Part shown: positions 53,228 through 64,000 of the stretch, piece after piece | Layout of the letters: the number at the start of each line of letters is the position of its first letter | Numbering within the stretch: the first letter of the stretch is position 1 | Source: an uncultured SAR86 cluster bacterium | GTDB taxonomy: Bacteria > Pseudomonadota > Gammaproteobacteria > Magnimaribacterales > D2472 | Direction: 5' to 3' | DNA length: 64,000 bases | Assembly (NCBI GenBank): GCA_902556355.1 | Contig: CACDVW010000002.1 | Span: 10,462 to 74,461, forward strand | Translations under genes and position numbers: made by a program | The notes under the pieces: generated by a model | What the model saw: only the letters and a program-made list of their open reading frames with translations | Told to the model about the DNA's origin: nothing | Database searches by the model: none

Positions 53228-54145
53228 ATGCTTAAACAAAGAACACTTAGAAACCCGATAAAAGCAGTTGGCATAGGACTCCATACTGGCAAAAATATTG
53301 CTATGGAACTTCTTCCTGCAGAGATTAATACTGGTATTAATTTTATAAGAACAGATATTAGTGAAGACTTCTTAATACCTGCTATAGCTGAAAACGTTGG
53401 AGATACAAGCTTATCCACTGCTTTGATTAAGGATGATATAAAAATTTCTACAATTGAACACTTGCTATCAGCCATTGCTGGTCTAGGTGTTGATAATTGC
53501 GTCATTAGAGTAAATGGTCCTGAAGTTCCGATAATGGATGGAAGTTCGAGCCCTTTTGTATTTTTAATTCAATCAGCAGGCCTTGAAGACCAAAATGCAC
53601 TTAAGAAATTTATAAAAGTAAAAAAAGAAATTACTGTTAGAAGAGATGATGCTTACGCATCAATAAAGCCCTTTAATGGATTTAAGGTGTCATTTAAGGT
53701 CGATTTTGATCATCCTGTTCATAAAAAACTGCCAACAGAATCGATAATAGATTTTTCCTCAACATCTTTTGTAAAAGAAGTTTGTAGAGCAAGAACTTTT
53801 GGCTCAATGAATGAAAAAGAATTACTTCAATCAAAAAATTTAGCTCTTGGAGCAAGTGTTTCAAATGCTATAGTTTTTGGTGAAGATGAAATCTTAAATG
53901 AAGAAGGCCTTAGGTTTAACGACGAGATAGTAAAGCATAAAATGTTAGATGCTATTGGAGACCTTTATCTACTAGGTGGTAATTTAATTGGTCAATTTTC
54001 AGGTTATAAATCAGGGCATGCACTAAACAATCAATTACTTAGAAAAATTATTGAAGACAATGAAGCATACGAAGTAATTGAGTTTGAAAACTCAGAAAAT
54101 GCCCCAATCTCTTATGTTAGACCTCCTTTTGGAGATATAGAATAA
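53228..54145 (+). CDS. lpxC: UDP-3-O-acyl-N-acetylglucosamine deacetylase
   Basis: 305 aa starting [21 protein letters not shown], with [10 protein letters not shown]. Confidence 0.95.
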   Translation: MLKQRTLRNPIKAVGIGLHTGKNIAMELLPAEINTGINFIRTDISEDFLIPAIAENVGDTSLSTALIKDDIKISTIEHLLSAIAGLGVDNCVIRVNGPEVPIMDGSSSPFVFLIQSAGLEDQNALKKFIKVKKEITVRRDDAYASIKPFNGFKVSFKVDFDHPVHKKLPTESIIDFSSTSFVKEVCRARTFGSMNEKELLQSKNLALGASVSNAIVFGEDEILNEEGLRFNDEIVKHKMLDAIGDLYLLGGNLIGQFSGYKSGHALNNQLLRKIIEDNEAYEVIEFENSENAPISYVRPPFGDIE

Positions 54146-54180
54146 TAAAAAGTTTAGGGGCTTTTTTATAAGAGAAACAT

Positions 54181-56904
54181 ATGCTTAATCCTTTCGCAAA
54201 AATATTTGGTTCCAGTAACGATAGAGTAATTAAAAAAATGATGCGTCATGTAAATGATGCAAATAATCTTGAAAAAGACTTATCTGAAAAACCAGATGCA
54301 TATTTTTCAAATCTAAAATCTGAACTTAAAGATCTTTACGACAATAGCGATAAAGATATATATGCAATTCTTCCTTTGGCATTTGCGGCAGTAAGAGAGG
54401 CTTCAAAAAGAACTATAGGTTTAAGGCATTTTGATTCTCAGATGCTAGGGGGTATTTCATTGGCTGAGGGGAATATAGCTGAAATGAAAACTGGTGAAGG
54501 AAAAACCTTAGTAGCCACCCTACCAGCATACTTAAATTCAGTTATTGGCAATAAAGCTATTTTGGTTACAGTGAATGATTATTTAGCTAGAAGAGATGCT
54601 GAATGGATGAAGCCAATTTATGAATTTCTTGGATTAAGTGTTGGTGTTGTTGTCTCTAATCAAGAAATATCAGAAAAAATTGAATCATATAAATCTGATG
54701 TTATATACGCCACCAACAATGAACTTGGTTTTGATTATCTAAGAGATAACATGGCTCACTCTGTTGAACAACGAGTCCAGTGCTCATTAGATTTTGCAAT
54801 TATTGATGAAGTTGATTCGATTCTTATTGATGAGGCAAGAACACCTCTAATTATTTCCGGACCCTCATCTGAGAGTTCAGAAATGTATAAACAAATCAAA
54901 AAATTTATTCCTAAACTGCATCTTCAAGAAAGAGAAGGCACTGAAGAAGAGCCACTAAGAGATGATGAAAGAGGTCACTACCTTATTGATGAAAAAAATA
55001 GAAATGTTGAACTTACAGATGATGGTTATATTTTAGTTGAGGGTTTATTGGAAGATGCAGGCCTTATAGGTGCGTCTGAAGGTCTGTATTCAATATCGAA
55101 CTTAAAAATAATGAAGTTTGTTCAAGCAACTTTAAGAGCAAATTTTTTATTCAAAAAAAATGTTCACTACTTAGTAAGGAATAATGAAGTCCTTCTAATA
55201 GATGAGCATACAGGAAGAACTATGCCTGGGAGAAGAATGAGCGAAGGAGTTCATCAAGCCCTTGAATGTAAGGAAAATGTTCCAATTCAAAGAGAATCGC
55301 AAACCCTCGCCTCTACAACATTTCAAAATTTCTTCAGATTATTTAATACGCTATCAGGAATGACTGGAACAGCTGATACAGAAGCTGTCGAATTTCAGCA
55401 AATATATGGTTTAAGCGTGATAGTGGTGCCTACTAATGTACCTATGATTAGAAATGATCATAATGATTTAGTCTTTTTAACAAAAGAGGCTAAATACAAA
55501 GCTTTGATTAAAGAAATAGAAACTATTAGAAAAAACTCGGCTCCAGTTTTGGTTGGTACTGTTTCAGTAGAATCATCCGAAGAAGTATCTAAGTATCTGA
55601 ATGATAAAAATATTCCTCATCAAATCTTAAATGCTAAGCATCATGAAAAAGAAGCACAAATTATTGCTAATGCCGGAAAACCTGGAATGGTTACTATTGC
55701 TACCAATATGGCAGGAAGGGGTACAGACATTGTCTTGGGTGGTAAAAAAGAAGAACAAAGATCTGAGGAATGGGAAAAAAATAATCAAACTGTACTTTCA
55801 GCAGGCGGATTACATATCTTAGGAACCGAGAGACATGAATCAAGAAGAATAGATAATCAGCTAAGGGGAAGATCAGGAAGACAAGGTGATCCTGGATACT
55901 CGAGATTCTTTCTTTCTCTTGAAGATGATTTATTAAGATTATTCATTTCTGATAACAGAAGAGCTCTTTTTGATAAAATAGGAATGGGTGATGATCACAT
56001 TGAGCATAAAATGCTTTCAAGAGGAATTGAGAATGCTCAAAAAAGAATAGAAAGTAAAAACTTTGATGCCAGGAAAAGCTTGCTTGAGTACGATGATGTT
56101 TCAAATGATCAAAGGCAAGCAATTTACTCTTTAAGAAATCAATTACTTGAAGAGAATGACATAAGTGATACGATTCAAGCTCTAATTGAGGATCAATTTA
56201 AATTAATAACTCATAACTATGTTCCAGAAGATTCTGTTGAATCTCAGTGGAGAACAAAAGACTTAGAAAAATACCTCATTGAAACATATGATTTAGAAAC
56301 AAATATTCATCAAAAAGTAACTGAAAATAAAAAACTCATTCCTGAGTCTATAGCTAACGAGATTATTACCTCTGCTAAGCACAGATATGAATATAAATAT
56401 ATTGAAATAGAAGACAATAGACTTCTTCTTGAAAAACAAGTGATGTTACAAGTTCTTGATGTTCACTGGAAAGAACATTTAGCTGAAATTGATCATCTTC
56501 GAAACAGTATTGGTCTAAGAGCGTATGCTCAAAAAAATCCAAAAAATGAATTTAAAAGAGAAGCATACTCAATGTTTGAATCTATGCTGGATGAGATTGA
56601 CAGCGGAACTGTAAGAATTCTCTTTTCCTTACAGATTGCTAAAGAAGAAAATGCTAACAATGTTCAGCCTAATCAGAATAACCAGGAAATGGTTTATCAA
56701 AAAGATGAGGCTCCAGCCTATAATGAAAAGCAATCAAGCCCCTCAAGCGCCCCTGCAGTTGAGATTACAGAAACCGTTAAAAGAGAAGAGCCAAAAATTG
56801 GTAGAAATGATTTTGTAAAAATTACAAACGGTGAAGAAACAAAAGAAATAAAATTCAAGAAAGCAAAGCCTTTAATTGACTCTGGTGAATGGAAAATAGT
56901 TTGA
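54181..56904 (+). CDS. secA: Preprotein translocase ATPase SecA (no C-terminal zinc-binding motif)
   Basis: 907 aa; MKTGEGKTLVATL Walker A, DEVDSILIDEARTPLIISG, TNMAGRGTDI. The tail after KIGRND lacks cysteines. Confidence 0.97.
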   Translation: MLNPFAKIFGSSNDRVIKKMMRHVNDANNLEKDLSEKPDAYFSNLKSELKDLYDNSDKDIYAILPLAFAAVREASKRTIGLRHFDSQMLGGISLAEGNIAEMKTGEGKTLVATLPAYLNSVIGNKAILVTVNDYLARRDAEWMKPIYEFLGLSVGVVVSNQEISEKIESYKSDVIYATNNELGFDYLRDNMAHSVEQRVQCSLDFAIIDEVDSILIDEARTPLIISGPSSESSEMYKQIKKFIPKLHLQEREGTEEEPLRDDERGHYLIDEKNRNVELTDDGYILVEGLLEDAGLIGASEGLYSISNLKIMKFVQATLRANFLFKKNVHYLVRNNEVLLIDEHTGRTMPGRRMSEGVHQALECKENVPIQRESQTLASTTFQNFFRLFNTLSGMTGTADTEAVEFQQIYGLSVIVVPTNVPMIRNDHNDLVFLTKEAKYKALIKEIETIRKNSAPVLVGTVSVESSEEVSKYLNDKNIPHQILNAKHHEKEAQIIANAGKPGMVTIATNMAGRGTDIVLGGKKEEQRSEEWEKNNQTVLSAGGLHILGTERHESRRIDNQLRGRSGRQGDPGYSRFFLSLEDDLLRLFISDNRRALFDKIGMGDDHIEHKMLSRGIENAQKRIESKNFDARKSLLEYDDVSNDQRQAIYSLRNQLLEENDISDTIQALIEDQFKLITHNYVPEDSVESQWRTKDLEKYLIETYDLETNIHQKVTENKKLIPESIANEIITSAKHRYEYKYIEIEDNRLLLEKQVMLQVLDVHWKEHLAEIDHLRNSIGLRAYAQKNPKNEFKREAYSMFESMLDEIDSGTVRILFSLQIAKEENANNVQPNQNNQEMVYQKDEAPAYNEKQSSPSSAPAVEITETVKREEPKIGRNDFVKITNGEETKEIKFKKAKPLIDSGEWKIV

Positions 56905-56918
56905 CTATAAGCTCCTAT

Positions 56919-57083
56919 TTAATCCTCATAAAAATCTTCAGATTGAATTGGTCTTGAAATTTTATTATCTTCATTTGCCCAAGACCCAAAATCAATTAAC
57001 TTACATTTTTCTGAGCAAAAAGGCCTGTAATCATTTTTGATAACTAAATCTACTTTTTTTTCACACCTCGGACACTTAGCCAT
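56919..57083 (-). CDS. yacG: DNA gyrase inhibitor YacG (zinc finger)
   Basis: Not in the ORF track (54 aa). My translation is MAKCPRCEKKVDLVIKNDYRPFCSEKCKLIDFGSWANEDNKISRPIQSEDFYED, matching the YacG pattern CPxC...RPFCSxxCxxIDLGxW. It overlaps the coaE stop by 8 nt. Confidence 0.85.
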   Translation of the reverse strand: MAKCPRCEKKVDLVIKNDYRPFCSEKCKLIDFGSWANEDNKISRPIQSEDFYED

Positions 57084-57672
57084 TTTTAATAATCTCCAAA
57101 TACTTTTTATGTATCTTTAAAACTTCATCTCTTAATAAATCTAACGACCCATTATTAAAAATAACGTCGTCTGCAATGCTTAGCCTTTGTTCTCTTGTAG
57201 CCTGCTTATTAATAATATTTTCAATATCGCTCTTAGTTTGATTATCTCTTTTAGAGGTTCTTGAAATTTGAACGTCTACATCACAATCAATAACTAATAC
57301 TCTGTCATAAATTTTTGAAGAATTCGTTTCAAATATAAGGGGTACAACAATAATACAATAATTAGACTTAGTGTTTTTTATGAAAGATTCAATACCAGAC
57401 CTTACGATTGGATGAATGATATTCTCGAGTTTTGATTTTGCCTCTGAGTCGTTAAATATAAGTTTTCTTATTAATTCTCTATTAATATTTTTGTTTTCAT
57501 CAAGATATTTATTTCCAAATTCATCAATAAATAATTTATATCCCTCTGAATTTATATTTAAAGAATCTCTAGCAAGATCATCAGCATCAATTAACTCAAC
57601 ACCAATATCTTTAAATAATGCAGCAGCAGCTGACTTTCCGGAGCCAATACCACCCGTTAACCCTATAATCAT
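57076..57672 (-). CDS. coaE: Dephospho-CoA kinase
   Basis: 198 aa starting MIIGLTGGIGSGKSAAA (P-loop). Confidence 0.92.
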   Translation of the reverse strand: MIIGLTGGIGSGKSAAAALFKDIGVELIDADDLARDSLNINSEGYKLFIDEFGNKYLDENKNINRELIRKLIFNDSEAKSKLENIIHPIVRSGIESFIKNTKSNYCIIVVPLIFETNSSKIYDRVLVIDCDVDVQISRTSKRDNQTKSDIENIINKQATREQRLSIADDVIFNNGSLDLLRDEVLKIHKKYLEIIKNG

Positions 57673-57692
57673 AGTGGCATTATACTAAAGAT

Positions 57693-57726
57693 AAAAAAAA
57701 AAGGCTCCTAGTAAACTAGGAGCCTT
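57693..57726 (-). terminator. Rho-independent terminator of the rRNA operon
   Basis: Minus strand: AAGGCTCCTAG-TTTA-CTAGGAGCCTT (57701-57726), then T8 (57693-57700), 8 nt after the 5S 3' end. Confidence 0.85.
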
Positions 57727-57734
57727 AAAGAAAA

Positions 57735-57854
57735 AAGCCTGACGATTTCCTACTCTCACACAGGGAGACCCTGCACTACCATTGGCGTTAACCCGTTTCA
57801 CTTCTGAGTTCGAGATGGGATCAGGTGGTTCCAAGTTGCTATTGTCATCAGGCA
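57735..57854 (-). rRNA. rrf: 5S ribosomal RNA
   Basis: Minus strand TGCCTGATGAC...CCCATCTCGAACTCAGAAGTGAAAC...GAGAGTAGGAAATCGTCAGGC aligns with E. coli 5S. Ends are good to about 3 nt. Confidence 0.93.
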
Positions 57855-57923
57855 AACTGGTATGTAACTTTTAATTTATTATTTCTCACTACAATGTTAC
57901 TCAAATCTTATAACCTTGCTTAA

Positions 57924-60828
<2,905 letters not shown>

Positions 60829-60963
60829 TTAAAAAAGGTTACTTAATTATTTTTTTGAGAGTAACTTAATAAAATATTATTAATTACTTTTTAATTGCAG
60901 TGATCTTATGTATGCATACGCATACACTAGAAAATTACATACCAATAATTTTACATAACTATA

Positions 60964-61000
60964 TGTTCTTTCTTAATATTTGATTACTCGTGTGGGCGTT
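60964..61000 (-). other. Spacer half of the long 16S-flanking processing stem
   Basis: Complementary to the leader segment 62612-62649: 37 positions, one 3-nt internal mismatch and two G-U pairs. Confidence 0.7.
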
Positions 61001-61019
61001 TAAAACGCGAATTTATCGT

Positions 61020-62553
<1,534 letters not shown>

Positions 62554-62611
62554 ATTTATCATGTTTGTTGATTTTTTAATATAAAAATCTAAATTTTTTT
62601 TCTCGTATTTT

Positions 62612-62665
62612 GAACACCCACACGAGTAACCAAATATTTTTAAAGAACAACCGTCTCAAGGACGG
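62612..62665 (-). promoter_or_regulatory. rrn leader: boxB-like hairpin, boxA-like antitermination element and leader half of the 16S processing stem
   Basis: Minus strand has the CCGTC-CTTGA-GACGG hairpin (62651-62665), then TGTTCTTTAAAAA (62637-62649; E. coli boxA is TGCTCTTTAACAA), continuing into the stem complementary to 60964-61000. Confidence 0.6.
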
Positions 62666-62671
62666 ACGCGT

Positions 62672-62720
62672 ATTCTAACTAAGATATTGCCAAGAAGATA
62701 CCCTTTTTTTTAATTAATTT
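62672..62720 (-). promoter_or_regulatory. Possible rrn promoter: TAGAAT -10 with GC discriminator and upstream A/T tract
   Basis: TAGAATACGCG (-10 at 62672-62677) shares TAGAATACGC with the S10 promoter. An A8 run plus AATTAATTAAAATTAATT upstream is UP-element-like. No good -35 lies at 16-18 nt (TATCTT). Confidence 0.35.
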
Positions 62721-63763
62721 TAATTAATTTCTTTGTCCACTAATTTCTGAGAATTTAGGAATTTCATCTTTGATCTAAGTTCCTTTCCAACCTCTTCAAT
62801 TGGGTGTGATTTTGTTGCCTCTCTATTACTTTTCATGAAAGGTCCACCAGAGCCATCATTACTTTGTCTACAGTCATTAAGGAATTCATTTGCAAAGTTT
62901 CCTGATTGAATATTCTCAAGAATTTCTTTCATAGCATCTTTAGTTTTATCTGTTATTACCTTAGGTCCGCTTAGATAGTCACCATACTCAGCAGTATTTG
63001 AAATTGAGTAATGCATATTTGCAATTCCGCCTTCTTGAATTAAGTCAGTTATTAACTTTGTTTCATGCAAGCATTCGAAATATGCCATCTCTGGACTATA
63101 ACCAGCTTCAACAAGAGTTTCGTAACCTGCTTTAATTAATGCTGTAATGCCTCCACATAAAACAGCTTGCTCTCCAAATAGATCTGTTTCTGTTTCTTCT
63201 TTAAAAGAGGTCTCAAGAACACCAGCTCTTGTTCCTCCATTTGCTTTGGCATAAGACAGTGCAACATCTCTTGCTGAAAATTCATTATTAGCAATTGAAT
63301 CTCTATATACAGCTATTAAAGAAGGGACGCCGCCACCATTCACATAAGTGCTTCTTACTGTATGACCAGGACCTTTTGGCGCAATCATAATTACACTATT
63401 GGTCTCAGGAGGTGATATTTTTTCAAAGTGAATATTAAATCCATGTGCAAATGCCAAAATGGCATCCTGCTTAAGATTAGGTTTTACCTCTGATTCATAG
63501 ATATCTTTTTGGAATTCATCTGGTGCTAATATCATTACCAAGTCTGCATTTTTAACAGATTCTGAAACCGAGCTAACATTCAAACCGGCTTCTTCGGCTT
63601 TTTTCCAAGATGATGATCCCTCTCTTAGCGCAACTGTTACATTAACTCCTGATTCGTATAAGTTGTTTGCATGAGCGTGCCCTTGTGAACCATAACCAAC
63701 AATAGTTACATTCATGCTTTGAATTATTTCTAAATTTGCATCATCTTCATAATAAATTTTCAT
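62720..63763 (-). CDS. ilvC: Ketol-acid reductoisomerase (class I, short form)
   Basis: 347 aa; [19 protein letters not shown]-binding motif. Confidence 0.95.
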   Translation of the reverse strand: MKIYYEDDANLEIIQSMNVTIVGYGSQGHAHANNLYESGVNVTVALREGSSSWKKAEEAGLNVSSVSESVKNADLVMILAPDEFQKDIYESEVKPNLKQDAILAFAHGFNIHFEKISPPETNSVIMIAPKGPGHTVRSTYVNGGGVPSLIAVYRDSIANNEFSARDVALSYAKANGGTRAGVLETSFKEETETDLFGEQAVLCGGITALIKAGYETLVEAGYSPEMAYFECLHETKLITDLIQEGGIANMHYSISNTAEYGDYLSGPKVITDKTKDAMKEILENIQSGNFANEFLNDCRQSNDGSGGPFMKSNREATKSHPIEEVGKELRSKMKFLNSQKLVDKEIN

Positions 63764-64000
63764 CTAACAAAACTCCTTTTAAGTATGTTGTTTCTTCATT
63801 ACTAACAGCTATAACATCAATTAATTTGTTTAACTGTCTTAATATTTGTCTCATAAGTGAATCAGAAACCAATGTTTGTATAGTCAATCTAGATATTTCA
63901 TTTTCTTTGAATTTAGTTTCTAATTGTTCTTCAATAAATCTATAGGGTGTGAAATCATCTACCGGATCAACATGAAGGCTTTCAATGTTATATCCTCTTT
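63747..64000 (-). CDS. ilvH: Acetolactate synthase small (regulatory) subunit, C-terminal 83 aa (5' end outside the window)
   Basis: My translation is [15 protein letters not shown]...[35 protein letters not shown]..., which aligns with the E. coli IlvH ACT domain ([16 protein letters not shown]...[27 protein letters not shown]). The stop at 63747-63749 overlaps the ilvC start by 17 nt. Confidence 0.75.
   Translation of the reverse strand, partial: RGYNIESLHVDPVDDFTPYRFIEEQLETKFKENEISRLTIQTLVSDSLMRQILRQLNKLIDVIAVSNEETTYLKGVLLDENLL

Noticed and set aside
62678-62693. TTGGCA (62688-62693, minus strand) as the -35 box of the rrn promoter
   Set aside because: It is only 10 nt from the TAGAAT -10 and has no -10-like hexamer 16-18 nt downstream, so the spacing is incompatible.

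Overview
AT-rich (about one-third GC by eye), tightly packed gammaproteobacterial chromosome segment. Gene order matches E. coli or Pseudomonas at several loci. The style fits a streamlined marine lineage, possibly SAR86-like; that assignment is inference only. About 29 kb (8309-37705, all minus strand) is one colinear translation/transcription block: tRNA-Tyr, tRNA-Thr, tuf, tRNA-Trp, secE, nusG, rplKAJL, rpoBC, rpsLG, fusA, then the S10, spc and alpha operons. The left flank has obg, rpmA, rplU, ispB, fabA, fabB, a crotonase, and divergent ssb/uvrA, each broken by one extra A in a homopolymer. The right flank has birA, msrA, tRNA-Thr(UGU), then an accessory block of about 12 kb (39203-50997). 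That block encodes only envelope or secreted proteins: an orphan poly-Gly-tethered lipoprotein, two translationally coupled secreted amidohydrolases (one lacking its metal ligands), and a Zn-type alcohol dehydrogenase. It continues with a small HxH/CxxC secreted protein, a TonB-dependent receptor with four His/Asp/Glu-rich insertions, a MerC-like Cys/His membrane protein and a second TonB-dependent receptor. After it come a minimal rnr, rlmB, lpxC, secA (no C-terminal zinc finger), yacG, coaE, a complete 16S-23S-5S operon (minus strand, no spacer tRNAs), ilvC and the 3' end of a short acetolactate synthase small subunit. No transposase, integrase, phage, CRISPR or recognisable defence genes were seen. 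The best candidate for something undescribed is the His-rich receptor / MerC-like module as a putative metal-uptake route. This is a hypothesis from sequence features, not a demonstrated system.
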